A stretch of DNA of 63,920 nt, counting the filler, from Atractiella rhizophila (Eukaryota): assembly GCA_021432655.1 (NCBI GenBank). It is 5 parts of 5 records of this genome, joined end to end, with 100 filler letters (N's around TTAATTAATTAA, not from the genome) between each part and the next. Parts side by side here need not be neighbours in the genome. Positions count along the whole stretch, not along the records: positions 1 to 12,925 come from MU271997.1; positions 13,026 to 25,852 come from MU271998.1; 3 more parts are not named here. One strand, written 5' to 3'. Under the pieces are notes generated by a model that was not told the DNA's origin, did no database searches, and saw nothing but the letters and a program-made list of their open reading frames with translations. Positions 1 through 13,865 of this stretch are shown here, piece by piece (within the stretch, counting starts at the first letter, position 1; the number at the start of each line of letters is the position of its first letter). The translations under genes were made by a program, and so were the position numbers.

Positions 1-427
1 CCAACAATCAAACCGCCCAAGGCGTCGTTCCCATGACCGTCGTTCATGAGTGAGCCCTTTCCCTCTCCCGCAACGCTCGAATATGGGGCCCTGGCGAAGT
101 GGACTGTGAGTCGAGGAGTGATGTGATCGATCTATAACACAATCTCGTTCGATCGAATCGATCTCCAACTTCCACGTCCCCAAAGAAAGACAAAAACCGC
201 CTGACGCTCGTGGGGAACAAAAACAAAAGCCACGGGGCGAGAGAGGACGCTGTGGTGGCGTGGGGCAGGAGGAGGCGAGCGAGAAGGGCGAGAAGCGGTT
301 GGAGTCGTGAGAAAATTGCGTCTCTACGGAGGTTCCGAGAACCTTCTACTTCATGAGTCATGTTGTGGCGAATGTCATCAGAAGCTTCCGGTTCAAGTTG
401 CTTCAGTTAGCGATCGAGTAACCGACT

Positions 428-2625
428 ATGTCCTCCTCGCTTCACCTGCAAGAGCTGCATTCACACATCGCTTCGTCTTCGCGCTCGAAAACTACGCGTC
501 GTGGCGGAGTCGCGCGGCCTGGGAAAGTGAAGCCGTTGACTTCGGACTTCAAGCGACCTGTAAAGAATAAGGGAGTAGAGAAGAGGCAGCAGGCGGATCT
601 AGAAGCTTTCGAGGCGGAAAGGAGAGCGGAGAGAGGTACAGTGTGGCAGAATACCGAGGAGGAGAAAGAGCGGTTTGAGAAACGGTACAAGGATGCGAAG
701 TAAGTCGTCTTTATCTAAGACCTGGAGAGAGCCATTCCACCTTTCTTTTCGTTGGAAAGAATCCTTAGAAGCATCCCTCTCAACTCGTTGCTTCAAACGC
801 AGCTACCTACCTGTCAGCCGTGCTTCCTATTGATCGCTCAAAGTAGCCCATCCCTTCGCTCTAGGAACCTTGACGCGAAGGTAAAATGGTAGCCTCTCGC
901 TAACGTGCATGTTGTTGGGTGATCGTGCGTTTCACTTTCACTATTTCCTTTATGTCGCAAGGTGTGAGTCGATGATGTGTCCCTGACTCCACGCCTGTCT
1001 AACCTCTTTATTCCTCTTCTCTCATTGCCATACCATTCTTGAGATCGAAGGCTGTGCGAGGAGGATACTGTTCTGCATCTATGTTTGCATAAAGTCACTC
1101 TTGTTCAGCTCCCAGACAGCACAGTGCAGCTGGTTCTCTACGTTGCATTACATGTCTCACACAAGCTAACGCAAGCTGAAAGTGAGTTGAAATTCTCCGT
1201 ACATCATCTCTGTTCGCGGCACGCTCTTGGAATCCATCCACCATCGATGGACGGCGACGTTCTCTTTTTGTATGGTTTATTTTGGACAGTTATGTTAGCA
1301 TCCTTTCATCCAACTACTAAATTTATTATTACACTGACGATGTGGGAGAGATTGCTTGGAAAGTAGTAGTGTGGTGTTGTGTCAGGAAAAGGAAAGTGCC
1401 TTTCATATTATTTGATGGAAAAAGGCGGAGTGGCGCTGTTGGGCCGACCTCTTGTCATACAGTTTATTCGTAGTCTTATGATTTACCCTCTCCATTTTCG
1501 AACGGTCAAGTTGCGGCTCCTTTCAAACGTCTGTGTTTATGAATGCATTTGCTCACGTCTGGTCTGGAAGGTTTATGCTTTTGGAATTTAACAGGATCAG
1601 GAGTCAATTGCTGATATGTAAGCTGTCATATTGAAGGTTGCACACGACATCAGTTCAAGATGTAGTGGACATTTTACATTGAGTTAACGCTTATATACCG
1701 AATGAAGCTGAAGCTACAACAAGCTCTAGTAGTACATGTATTGTTTGAACCTGACCTTTTGTGAGAAAAAACAAATGGTTCCATCAAACAGAACTCTAAA
1801 TAATCCTTGCAGTCATACGACTCTGATTGAATGACAGATGCCACATTGTGTTGAGCTTCTCACAGGAGTTTGAGTGAGTGAAGACATCAGAATAGAGTCC
1901 AGCCCGAATGCCAAATTTGCCGCTTGTTTTTTCTCAGTTTTGAATTGTTCAGGCTCTAAGAAACATTACTGATCACACATTTCTGTATCTGTAGACGCGG
2001 CAAGCAGAAATACGGCGAAGAGGTTTTAGAGGTGGATGACTCCTCCTCGGACAGTGAAGAAGTAGATGGATCCGGTGAGGTGTGGCGCGCGCCAGAAGAT
2101 TGTGATGATGAGCACGATTGGCACTCGGAAGACGAGATGGGTCGATCCCATCCCAAAGGATGGAAGAGGAGGGGAGTAAGAAGAGTACGACCAACCGGGG
2201 AATATGCTGTTTCATAGTGCGTCCATTTGGGTTTCGTCTGTCCGCGAAAGTGGTAATGATGGTGCCCCCAAAGCGACGAGGTCATTCATGGTCCCACTAT
2301 CCAGACACATGCCATCCTCAACGATCCGACGAAAATCCAACGGAAGGAACACGAATTGCAGGTTCAGAACGAAGAATTATTGGACACCCATTATGATCAC
2401 CGCAAAGACAATAGGACAAAAGGGGCCGGTGCTGTCAATTTAGGCAAAGGAGAGGAGAGACAGGAAAAGTTGGCGTACATGAATACCATGCACGAGGAGG
2501 CGAAGAGACGACGGGAAGAGAGGGGTCAGGTGGAGGCTGCTGAGAAGGAAGCAAAGAGGAAAGAAATGGAGGCGAGGCTGGAGAAGATACGAGCGATACG
2601 CGCGAAAACTCAAAATAAACAGTAG
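428..2625 (+). CDS. CCDC174: CCDC174/DUF4078-family protein, 3 exons (428-699, 1995-2216, 2274-2625)
   Basis: GT-AG splicing (introns 700-1994 and 2217-2273, both phase 2) joins three ORF pieces in frame. Motifs GGVARPGKVKP..KNKGVEKR, EDEMGRS, VIHGPTIQ and HYDHRKDNRTKGAG resemble fungal DUF4078 proteins. Confidence 0.8.
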
Positions 2626-2939
2626 GAGAATAGACCCTTATGCTTTGGTTCTATGGTACGTTACCTTTTTGCCCTGTGGATAAAGAGACTTAATCTCATT
2701 CAAGTGATGCTCCCAGCTTCGCATCGAATACAGGAGTGTCGCACATCCTTGGTTCAAACTTACATCTTTTCTCAGCTTCCGAGTCCTAGAAAATACAACA
2801 ACTAGCTGATATCAACGTCCTTCTCGCATAATCCTCAGAAAATCGAAGCACAAACCGAAACGATGAACACAGAACACTCTTTGGGGACAATGGGAAGTTA
2901 AGAAACCTCGCGACGGAGCAACCGACACTAGAGGTGGCA

Positions 2940-4650
2940 TCATTTTCCCTCTGGCTTAAAAGGAGGAGGCGTTGTTCGAATGTTCTCCAATTCAACGTTC
3001 ACACGAAGTCCCTTCTCAACCGCATCTTCTTGCTGGATTGATACTTCGGTCACCTGCTCGTCAATTTATCCGATGAGTATAGGCTCCTTGCCATTACAGG
3101 ACAAGAAATACCAGAATTTTGTCTCGAAAACGGGATGCCCTCCCAGCCGTATCTCGTGAACTTTGGTTGAAGTTATCGCGACGGTTGCTAGAATTGACAT
3201 TGGGGAGCGAAGATGGTAATGAGGGATAAAGGGCGGCTTCGTACAAAACCAAAGCTGCGACGACATAAACCTTGTCCGTTGGTTGAGGAAGGCTCCGTGA
3301 GAAAGAGTGAAATTAATACTTTGGCTATTATGTAACCCATTGCTGCCCATAAGCCTGTGTGCTGCGTTCCCCTTTGGTATCAGCAAGTCTGAATGGGACA
3401 TAGAAGAAACAAACAGGGGTGATAATGAGAAAAATGAGCTCGAGGATCTAGTCTTCTCTGTTACTCAATTATGATCCATGTATTCTGGAATACCCACTTG
3501 AGTGATTGTTGGAATAAGTCCAGTCTCCAACGTCAGCCTTCTGTGTGGTCAACTGGCATGAGTTGGATGTCTCGAAGGCTCAACAAGACGTACATAAACT
3601 GAGATGAAACGGATCTATCAGCTTCCTCCACGATGGAAAGGATGCTCACCTTAGCAGCGACAAAGTTAGTCTTGCTATAAACCGTCCTATCCCGGTGACG
3701 ATGGAGATGGTAGACCATGCAGAAACAAAGCAGGGCATCAGCTGTCGATGCACCTGCTTGCGATCATAAGTGCGCAACTTTTATTGATGAGAGGCGAGTT
3801 TACAGCCTAATGCAATGCCGCCTGGGACTAGAGTACCGGGAAATAAATCCACGATTGGGCGGGTGAGATGGATTCCGTAGAACACGAAACCGATTATCTA
3901 TCAACAAGATTGCAAGTGAGCGTGAGAACAAGAAAATAAGAAAGCGCACGCAGGCGAGACTCAGAGCCCCAGCTAGCCAGAGACATCTGTCAAGATCCGT
4001 TTAACATAGGAAGAGGAAAAATGGAAGGGGAGGTACCCAAAAGTGATCGGCTTCACATTCTTTTGTAATGAGCCCAACTTTGACAACCCTCTTCCAGTGT
4101 ACAGTTAGTTATGGTCTCCATCGTTGTAACCATGTAGACACACCGAGTGATGCGCACTATCCGCCATATGTAGATTGCTTGCACATAAGCCGTGAGGATG
4201 CCTTGGAAAACAGCGACGTAGACTAGATTTGCGTCATGCTTCACCCAAATGGATATTTACGAAGGACAGACTAGTTGCAGGCACTGGAGGTGAAAGAAAG
4301 AGGAGGGGTCCAACAAGAGCTATATCTTGCATATATGTGATAAAAGAGGCGAATTTCGTGATGCTGCACGTAAGGGGCGGTGTCAGAAGCTGAAGAAAGG
4401 TGAAGGGGAAGGCTCACGTGTCTCCAAGATTAATCCAGAAAAGCACTGTCAAAATCCACCAGGTTTTCGAATACACTGACTGCCTCTCGTGTAAGAGCTT
4501 GAAGACGCTAAAGAACTGTTGGAGTGTTATTCCGAAAAGTAGGAATCCAATGCTCGCGCCAATTATGATTGGATAGATATGAACCTGATAGTCGTGGCGC
4601 GTCCACTGGACGAATGACGCTTGAGTTTCAGGCTGAGAGGCGTTGCTCAT
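2940..4650 (-). CDS. Multi-exon integral membrane protein, DUF6534-like (basidiomycete multi-TM family)
   Basis: Exon translations PIIIGASIGFLLFGITLQQF, TAYVQAIYIWRIVRIT, VYHLHRHRDRTVYSKTNF and LTLETGLIPTITQ fit the family pattern. Last exon reads ..TTPPPFKPEGK* ending at 2940. Internal exon borders approximate. Confidence 0.7.
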
Positions 4651-6354
4651 GACTATCGAATCAAGGAAAGTAGCAAATGTAGGAGCGAAACGCGAACGTT
4701 GAGCGGGAGGAACTGCCTAAATGTCGGACGGGTAGGGTCACGGTAAGTTCCAGTTTCTCGGTACGTTGACGACGGCCATCCTTCGTTCTCAGTTAAGTAG
4801 GGCTCTGTTTGGCTCTGTGAAAGAAGCTTGCAACCGTCTTGATGTTACCCATGATGTTACCCTAACTTGGAGTGAAAAGCTGCGATTAGTTCAGATATCT
4901 GAACCTCGTTTCATGAAGAATGAAAAAACTAGTCGTAGGTTCATCATAGAGATGGAAGCAATTTCATATCAATGTCATCACACTAGAGCAGGTCAATCTC
5001 GTTTGCGAAGCTTCCATACTTGTCCTCAAACAGGATATTCAATTCTCAAGCTATCATAAAAAACAGGAACTTCAATCTCGCATCAAAAGGATCTGCCCAT
5101 CATATAATCATATGACTTCTAGTGTAACGTTCAAATCTCCGTTAAAGAATTTGTCGAGGAGTGGTACGGTACTCGAGAAGCATTACAGTGCCTGATACCG
5201 CTATCGTGATCAATCTCTGGTCCATCTTATGCTGCCTTTCCAGTGGCGTCCACCATCCGAGAAGCGTGCGTCATCTAGGTAATAGAACAACGAGCTAGCT
5301 CAGGCAACCCGTTATACAAGGGGACCCAGACGAAATAAAAAGGAAGATTGTCGGGAACAGCTTACCAGAAACGGCCAATTAGTTGGCTAATTAGCCCTTT
5401 GACATGCTTTGACGGGCCACTGGGAAGCCTCTACTCTTCTTCAGAATCGTCTTTAAATTGGTGAAAACGGGCTTGCAAGTCAAAAGAAGGCAGTGGGGAT
5501 GGTGGGGAAAGAAGTCCATCGCGGTCAGAAGAAAACGGAAAAGAAGGTGAACCCAGGCCACGAGAAGTTTCCACTTCCGACATCAACTACGACATAAGCA
5601 ACATGGTGGAAGACCCACGGAAGACAGGAAGACGTCTCATCGTGCATGACAGGGGAGACCCAAAACGTGATGCGCTCTAAACTTTTCCCACGGACGTTAA
5701 GCCTCGGGTCCTCTACAGGCTCTTCAAGTCCATCAAGCCTTGAAATGACAACATGCTAAGCCGGATTAAGCCATCGCAATCAGCGACAGAGGCATAGAGA
5801 AAGGACATGTAGGTTCCGTAATCAAATCTTGGCTTACGAACCAAATAACATTAGTGTTCGGGTATTTACTGCACAATGAATGAATGACGGTGTAAAACGC
5901 CAGTAGTACAAACAGATTGAAGAAAGGTTGCGACTGTCAGTGAACTAGGGGCGCTTTGCAGATGCATCGTGAGTGTCTCCTACTTTATACACAAACATCC
6001 ATAGCACAACGGGTCTCGTCTCTCACATTGTTTTTTCGTCCGCGAGTAAGGGTACCTAAAGGCTCAACTGGTGTAAGGGGGCTGTATTTTATTTTATTTA
6101 TTAAATGCTTATCGATCATCCTGAAAGTTCATTCGACTCCTGAGTGGTTCTTTCACCCTGATTGTCGATTATCCTTATGAATGAAGCATTAGGATATTTT
6201 TCAGCATTCTGATTTTTCATTTGAGGCACCGTGACTTTAACTCTATTATTATAATGTAATTTGCGCAGTGGGATCCTCCATGTTATAATCTAACTCATTG
6301 ACCACGACTACTTCGCAGACGTTCGAAATTAATTTGTCTCGAGTTTTACAGAAT

Positions 6355-7940
6355 ATGCCTAATCGTGTCGCCTACATTTCCTCCACCCACCTCACCTCCA
6401 TCGCGGATAAGCTCCCATCGAACCTGCACCGTTCCTCCTATGTGCATTCTCTGCATCGAAGCTTTTCTCTCCTCTCAGATTCTGAAGAAGAAGGAAAAGC
6501 GCAGGTCTATGCGCCTCTCGCGGCAACAGCAAAGGATTTAGGGCGGTATCATTCGAAGGATTACATCAAGTATCTCTTTCGGGACGAACAAGAGGAAGAC
6601 GACGGCAGAGCAAGGAAGAGACGGAGGATTGATTCTGACATTCAGAGGAGCGAGAATGACGAGGACGAATTGCATAGGCTGAAAGATGTGAGAGTGTCCT
6701 TCGAGCTGTCATCCATTTAACAATTGACATTTCAGAATTCATAGGATTGTCCCCGGTTCGACGGCCTCAAGGAGTACGTAACCCTTATCGCTGGAGGCTC
6801 CATGCTCGCCGCTCAGTTGTTACGGGATGATCGAGCTGAGGTTGCAATTTTCTGGGACGGTGGAAGGTAAGCATTGTTTTGTTCTGAGGTAGGAACACGA
6901 TGCGATTGCCTGATATATCGACACAGACATCACGCAGCCAGAGGCGAAGCGAGAGGCTTCTGTTACGTGCAAGACGTCGTGCTCGCCATCTCGGAACTGA
7001 AACGACCGACCAAGACTGCTGTTGGAAGGAACGGTGGAAAGAAGATCAGGAAGGTATTGTAGGTCATGACTGTATCTGCTGTCTCGTAACTCATCGGAAT
7101 ATTGTGTAGTTATCTCGACTTGGACATTCACCATGGCGATGGAGTGCACGCTGCTTTCCCATCCACATCCATTACCTCGTCCTCCACCGTCTATTTCCTA
7201 TCCATCCACCACGCCTCTCCTGGTCCATTTAGTTCATCTTTTCGTTGGTACTCATTTTGACACTCAAAGAACAGGCTTTTACCCCTCTCCCTCCCCATCC
7301 CTCTCACAATCATGCATTCCCATACCCTTCACAGTTACCTCTTCCACCTTGACACGCATCTTTCAGTCTTGTATCCTCCCCATGATTCAAGCATACAACC
7401 CTGATGCCTTAGTTATACAATGCGGAGTAGACGGACTCACAGGCGATCCAATGAACAACGGTCCGTCCTTCCTTTCTCCGTCACACTTGGCTTGGGATGT
7501 AGATCACTTAAAATCCATAACCAGGTTGCGGCGATCTCTCACTTTCGGCTCTCGGAGAATGCCTCCATCACTCCCTTTCCTGGGCCAGAGAAAACTCCAA
7601 GAAAGCGCTCCTCCTCGGAGGCGGAGGATACAACAACCCGAATGCAGCGCGTGCATGGACTTACTTCACTTCCCTCGCCTTGAAGGAGCCTCTGGACCTC
7701 GAGAGATCGATCCCGGACGAAGAAGAGTTTTACACTGATTATGCGCCGAGTTTTACGCTCGGGACTGAGAGGTCGAGTGAGAGGGGGTTGAGTGAGGAGG
7801 AGGAGGGGGTGCTGAGGGGGATTGAAGAGGCGTTTGATGGGTGGATCGGGGAGGTGAAGGATGTAATGGGAGTCAAGACCGCTAAATTGAAGGAGGGAAA
7901 GGATGGTTCTGAGACCGTTAGCGCTGGAACGTTGTCATAA
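6355..7940 (+). CDS. HOS1: Class I histone deacetylase, Hos1/HDAC8-like, multi-exon
   Basis: Motifs LPSNLHRS, YHSKDYI, DCP, WDGG/RHHAARGEARGFCY, DLDIHHGDGV, QCGVDGLTGDP and LLGGGGYNNPNAARAW are spread over exons. Catalytic and Zn-binding residues appear intact. Confidence 0.88.
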
Positions 7941-9787
7941 TCGCGAATCCCACCAAGTGGATCTGTTGCAACAAAATGTGATTGTGTCTCTTTTCCTTTC
8001 CAAGTTTAGGCTGATAAGCTCCGCTCCCTTCAAGTACAATATTTAAAAGCTCATAGAGCAGGGTACGATCACAACCCGTGCCGCCAATACCATGAACACC
8101 GATATCGAGCCGATTTCCTTGCCTCGCGACGTCTCACGAACTCGCCAACTGGCTTCCAATCCGAACGGGGGATGCTCTCGATCGTTCGGATTCGGAGCGC
8201 CGACGAGTCGTCCCAAACTCCCACTCCGAGCTGGAATGTCAGATCTGGGGATGATGTTCTACAATATCAGCGGGCTCGTTTGGAAGCAGTGATATTGTTA
8301 CGGGGTTACCTTTATGCTCATTGGGAACCACGGTTAGAGATACGCAGTGGGATGGGTTACTGCAATGCAAGAATTTTAACATTTAAGGTTCATTGAGTTT
8401 ATGAACCATTTTTTGCCTTGAAGAATCGAGGACAGCGGAAGATGCTCAAAGCGCTCAGATTTCGCACAAACCCTGTCATTTGGATGCTCAAGTCCATCTG
8501 TCATCATTTGGTGAATAGAAGAAAGGGAACGTGGCGCGAGACTGCGACTACGACCTCTATAGGAGGTTCTGGTTGGCAGCAAAATCCCAATCAATGCGGC
8601 AATGTATAGATCCAGGATTTCATTTTCGTTGAATCTACCTGGTCAATCTGTGTCTATTTCATGCGAATTTATGGCCTATTTCACGAGGAGCTGGACGAAC
8701 AGCTGAGAGCTGCAGTTCTAAATGCAGGAAAGATCACTCATTCAATGCCTAAAAACGATCGTTGTTCGCAATGCTAGATTCCTCACAGTTTCTCAGAAAC
8801 GACCAGAGCTGTCTCAGGCTCAAACAGCGGCCCAAGGAGACAGCGTTCGCTTCGACCTCGACTGAAGAAGCTTGAAAATCCTTCATTCCTCTCCTCCCTC
8901 TTCAGGAAAGCTTCGCTATTCGAACACGTACCAATCATCTCGGCGTAGAACTCTCGTCATCACTCTACTCAGCCTCTCATGTCACTAGCACTTGCCCAGG
9001 CACTTGCATCATCATTCTGGCCAGTTCTGGCCTCTGCAGAAGAAATGCGATGATGAAGGCCGGACTGCGGCGGGAGCTATGAACGGACGTTGAGGGCGGG
9101 AAGGTTCCGGGAAGCAAGTAGGTAGGCATTCATCGGGTTCGCCGGATGTCCTCTCCCTTCGCCTGGCTCGTGCGTCCACTCCCGCTGCTGCTGTCCCTCG
9201 CGTGTCCTGTTGCCGCCGTGTCGTGTTTTAAGAGGCTGGCGTGGATATTCCCACCCAGAATGCGAGTGCGAGTCGCTCGGGTCATCTATCCACCAGACGA
9301 GCAAGGGTTGGTCAAGGAGAGTTGGTGAGTGTTTTTGGGATTGGATTGAGTGAGATCATGCTTGGTTTGGCACCGAAGATTGGGTTACGTGCGAGGTCAC
9401 GGCGCGGTTTGATGAGCGAGCGAGCGCGTTTCAAAGTGAACAGTGCTCGGCTGTCCTTATTGCCTTGTAGAAATAAAGGGACTTCCAGCGAACCGCATTG
9501 ACCACCAACTCACATTCGTTGCCTTTTCCTCTTCCCTACATATTCCTGAATGCTCTTACCAACGCCTGACAGATAGCAATTTCGTGTCGATAGTATTCTC
9601 AAGAACCCGTCCACCTTCGCTAATTCGATTTATAATCTTATCTCACCAATCGGACGACGACAAAACGATCGCTGCACCTTCCATCGAAGCCACATCTGCA
9701 TCTGCTTCTTCCACCGCGACCGGTGCAACGCGACGGTCACCAGTCGAGTCCTTCAACGCTTCCTTTCAACCATAATTCCGTTCCCGC

Positions 9788-12700
9788 ATGTCATCAGCAG
9801 CCACCTCCTCCCTCGTCCTCCTCTCTCCCCATCCCCCACTGTCGCCCCTGTCGCCCGTGACGTTAGCCTCCCGCTCTTCATTATCTCGGGCAAACGAACA
9901 ATATTACCTCTCCTCCGACTCCGAATCAGACGACGACACCGAGTCCTTTCCCTCCCGTCACTCTCCTTCCGCCTTTCCATCCTACTCGAACGAGAGACCA
10001 CACCATTCCCCCGCTCCTCGAACACGGACCCCAAAGACCTCGCGATCGAAAGGCACACCTCCACCGCCTGCGTTACCCACGAACGCAGGGAAGAAGACCC
10101 ACTTCGCAGACCTCCCAGCTCACGCTCTCACGTCCACACCCGTCGGCCAAGGCAGCGGGAGCGGTGGGACGACGAAGAGGAGGCTTCCACCCGTCGGATT
10201 TCCGGGCGAAAAAGGTTGGAGGTCGTCCGTGGCGCTCGTCGAGAGCTCGAGTCGGTCCGGATCTGGGATCGAGGTTGTGGAAGGAGATAGAGAGAGAGCG
10301 AGGGGAAGGAGAAGTACGGAAGAGTTTAGGGGCGGGAGAGGGAGGACGTTGAGCCTTTCGTCCCCTGCTGGTGTTGACGTTGGTGTCGCGTTGAAGGAGA
10401 AGGAGAAGGAGAACGGAAAGGATAGGAAGGAGAAAGAAGGGAAGGAGGAGAAGAAGAGGGATTGGTTGAGGTTTACTAGCATCAGAGCTGCAAAGCCTGG
10501 TGGTGATAAAGGTGCGTAGTTGCTTGAATAGGGTGGCACAGTTGGCTTTCAAGTTTTAGCCTGTATTTTGCGGTTGTGCTCAGTAGCTTGTCCATTTCTC
10601 ATCTGATCTCATCCGGAGAGATCGGAGGGCCAGAGATGACATTCTCGCCTACAAGCACGTTATCTGACAAAGACCCCTATGGTTCTATAGGCGTATCAAT
10701 TGCTCTGAGCGTATTTGACTCGCGTTTATTTTAGCACTTGGCTATCTTTGGCCGTGCACAGCTCATTATTGAAGCAGTAGACTCTGCAAAGTGATTATTT
10801 ATGAGAGATAGCTCGGGAACATTACAAAGATTGAGGCACTTTGCTCCCGGCAATCACTCTTCAACGATACAATGGGAGCTATGGGAGAAATAGTGTCCAG
10901 ACGGAAGAATCTTGTTAATATCAGCGGTTGCCACTCGTTCTGTTGAGTAACAAACGCTAGCTCTGTTGACTGGAGATAGCAAGGCTCCGTAACCCTTGCT
11001 GCGATCACCAGCGAGTTTGCAGTATTATTTTCAGCGCCTGTGAGCCAGTTGGCCAGAAACACCAAGACCATTAACCTCATTAAGATCCTAGCTGAGATTT
11101 GGAGACTTACATCGAAGTTACGGATCCAACTTCCCTTCTTGACGCTTTTAGTCGCAAACTATTGTCGCGCTTAGGGCAGGCATTCTTTTGTTTGAAAGTC
11201 TGACATTTCTGATACATGGTTACAATTTATTTGGAGTTGGGAGCGCAGCTGGTCTTTTGTGGGGATGAAGTACCTTGTCAAGATTTATTTTGGCGCTGGT
11301 TCATCTGTTGAAAGCGTCCTCGTCCTCGGATTAAGAGTCCGGCTACAATTATTCTTTCTCTCCTCGGTTAAGATATCGGCGCATTGGACTGCAATCTCCA
11401 CGAGCCTGTGGGGAGCGGAAAGCATTCCGCGCGCCGATTTGAGATCATGACCGTATCCAAGGTCAGCAGAGGGCACATCGTTCGTCAAATACACTTTCAG
11501 TCTGGTCAATGTTCTACCGCCGAGCTTATCTCAGCCTGCGAACATGCAAACCTCGGACGCCACCGCATATGTACCCGTAGGATTTGTTTGCCCTCCAGGC
11601 TCCCCGTTTCGTTTCGTCTTTCTTCAAAGTGTGAGATAAGAAGCTTTATACTACAGTCAGAGACTGTTTCGATGAGAAGTTTGTTGGTCAAATGTACTCT
11701 TTTACAGCAGCTCTTTCTTGTGCGTCGTGATACCAGCCCTTGAACGGAACATGCCCGTGCTTGTTCTACTACAATTTGAAGTCACAACTGAGTCGAGAGC
11801 TTACTTGTTTCGTTTTCTCAGATCGACAACTCCGAGACACAGTCAACCCCTACCGATCAGACGAGGACGAGCCCACCAAGAGCAAAAACAAGAGCAAGAG
11901 TGCGAACACGTCTCCAGCCAGAGCTGGTAGAACATCAGCAGATCTGTGGAACCACCACACTTTCAGCTCTCCTCAACCAACAGACATGAATCCGAAACGA
12001 ACCAGCCAGAGCGTTCGCCAATTTTCCGCCTCTCCTAATCGACCGTCCCTCCATTCCTCCTCCACCATGAGCAGAACTGGCAGTACGACAAGCAACCCCC
12101 GTCCCAGTCTTTCTTACACTACCGTCGCAACCGTCAATGGAGGACCCGCTGGTTTTCAAGACGAACGGAACCCGTTGGACCTCTATCTTAACCTCAGCAG
12201 CATCCAGAAGAAGCTTGCTGGCGAGGTGAATCGCGTTTTGGAAGCATATACGGAAGGTGAGATTGTCGAACGGTCAGCGTGCAGTCCTGACATCTCACTA
12301 GGCACCGAGATTCCGCCAGAAACGAAGCGACGAGCTATCGTTGCCTTGCTAGATGATCTTGATCCCGAGAGCCCGACTGCTGCATATCACTCATGGAGAA
12401 GCCAAAGGAGTAAGTGTGAGCTTCCAAGATAGATTGTTCTGACAGGAATTGTAGCTCTGGACACAGTCTTCAGCGTTCTGAAGCTGCTGGCTCGGCGGCA
12501 GGTCGGCACAGAACCACTCTCTCGGGAGAAGGTAAGGTAGTGTGCCTCACCCAGAAGTCCGCTGACGTGCTGCAGTCATTACGGATTCTCGCTTTTCATG
12601 CTGGCATCCTCCAGGTATCGACGCCTCAGCCATCAACCGCAGGGAAGCGGACATTGCTTACCTCGTCGCAACTACCTCCCAACGCTAAAGACGCTTTTCG

Positions 12701-12925
12701 CACCCTGTGCAATACTCTCTACCTACATTCCTCTGCCCGTCTAGCCATGTCTCATTTCCCCGGAGTCGTCAAAGGGCTAGCGAAGTTCACTCGGGTTCGG
12801 GACGGACCTGAGAAGTTAGGAGATTACGAAGTCATGTTCTTGGTCCTACGGACGTTCCTTCTCATTTGCTCCGACAATACCAAGTTCATACGAACTGCTG
12901 TGGAAGAAGAACATGTCGTCGACTA
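9788..12925 (+). CDS. RIC8: Ric8/synembryn-like G-alpha GEF/chaperone with long disordered N-terminus; 3' part lost in assembly gap
   Basis: Exons 11822-12409, 12455-12531 and 12576-12925 give VLKLLARRQVGTEPL, AFRTLCNTLYLHSSAR and FLVLRTFLL..VEEE, typical of the Ric8 N-terminal ARM region. Exon 9788-10511 joins in phase 1 through GTGCGT(10512)..CAG(11821); this join is less certain. Confidence 0.7.
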
Positions 12926-13025
12926 NNNNNNNNNNNNNNNNNNNNNNNNNNNNNNNNNNNNNNNNNNNNTTAATTAATTAANNNNNNNNNNNNNNNNNNN
13001 NNNNNNNNNNNNNNNNNNNNNNNNN
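12926..13025. other. Artificial 100-bp contig join (N-TTAATTAATTAA-N)
   Basis: N run with a central six-frame-stop spacer. Confidence 0.97.
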
Positions 13026-13865
13026 GGGAGGACACGAGCTCACTCTCGATGGAACTCTGGGGGAGGAGAAGTGCTGGAGTGTGGATATCGGTGTACCAGC
13101 TCTGGTCGAAGAGCGTAGCGACAATATTTCCGATGCTCGCCGATGGACTGCAAAGTACTTCCACCACATCAGCGGTTTGTTAAAGGACGTCCCCGTCGAG
13201 CTACATCCACAGGAACTCGCATAAGACGACGGATATCGGATCAAACTCTCTCAGATGTCTCCTAGAACGGTCGCCGACTATGCTGACGCTCTGTTCAACG
13301 TGTCATTACTCGTCACCTCGTTGCGGGTCTCAAGAGTGGATCCTCGCCTACTCCTGTCTCTGCTCTTGCTACTACTGCAATCAAGCGTCACGGCGGCTCC
13401 CATCGAGCTCACAAGAACCTTGACGAAGCCTGCAGAAAGAGAAAAGAGGGACAGTGCGAACAACCTGATGGGAATTGCGGAAGGAGCATGAGTGTTCTGC
13501 TTACGGAGCCAAGGGGCACAGAGCAGCGGAGCCTGCCCACCCGGGTCAAGATCATCAAGGAGAAGTGAAGAATGCGAGATACCAAGGTCCGGGTACTTAC
13601 GAAACTCCTTATGGAACGGATGCGAGCGCCTTCTCGATCCATCTGCCGATTCTTCCAAGACTGCCGTCCAACTCCAGCGTCCTCCTCATTCCACCTTGAC
13701 CACCCTGGAGCTTGGGGAGCTATAAAGTCTTATCCTGAGCTCTTCCAGGTATGGACGCCGCCCATCGACGTCGATCACTTCGAATTTCCACTCATCCCAA
13801 CCGAGCCTTCGTCCAATCGGTCTTGTGGGATTCAGGGAAGCATTCTGGCCTCATGCACCCAGGAG
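13026..13865 (+). mobile_element. Degenerate tyrosine-recombinase (DIRS/Ngaro-like) retrotransposon fragment
   Basis: Frameshifted pieces AIKSYPELFQVWTPPIDVDHFEF / THPNRAFVQSVLW / GFREAFWP resemble the TPIxVDxFExLLxxHPNxxFVxSVxxGLREGFWP segment that precedes RT in basidiomycete YR elements. Confidence 0.6.

Noticed and set aside
1..361. Minus-strand 105-aa ORF
   Set aside because: Looks like the pyrimidine-rich leader of a divergent gene running off the window (possible ATG at 47); too little sequence to call
8092..8780. Short plus-strand ORFs downstream of the HDAC
   Set aside because: Interrupted by stops, no recognisable motif
10600..11700. Nested antisense gene in the long Ric8 intron
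   Set aside because: Some splice-like signals, but I could not assemble a stop-free spliced frame
12970..12981. TTAATTAATTAA palindrome (also at three other gaps) as a regulatory site
   Set aside because: Always centred in N runs; an artificial six-frame-stop spacer
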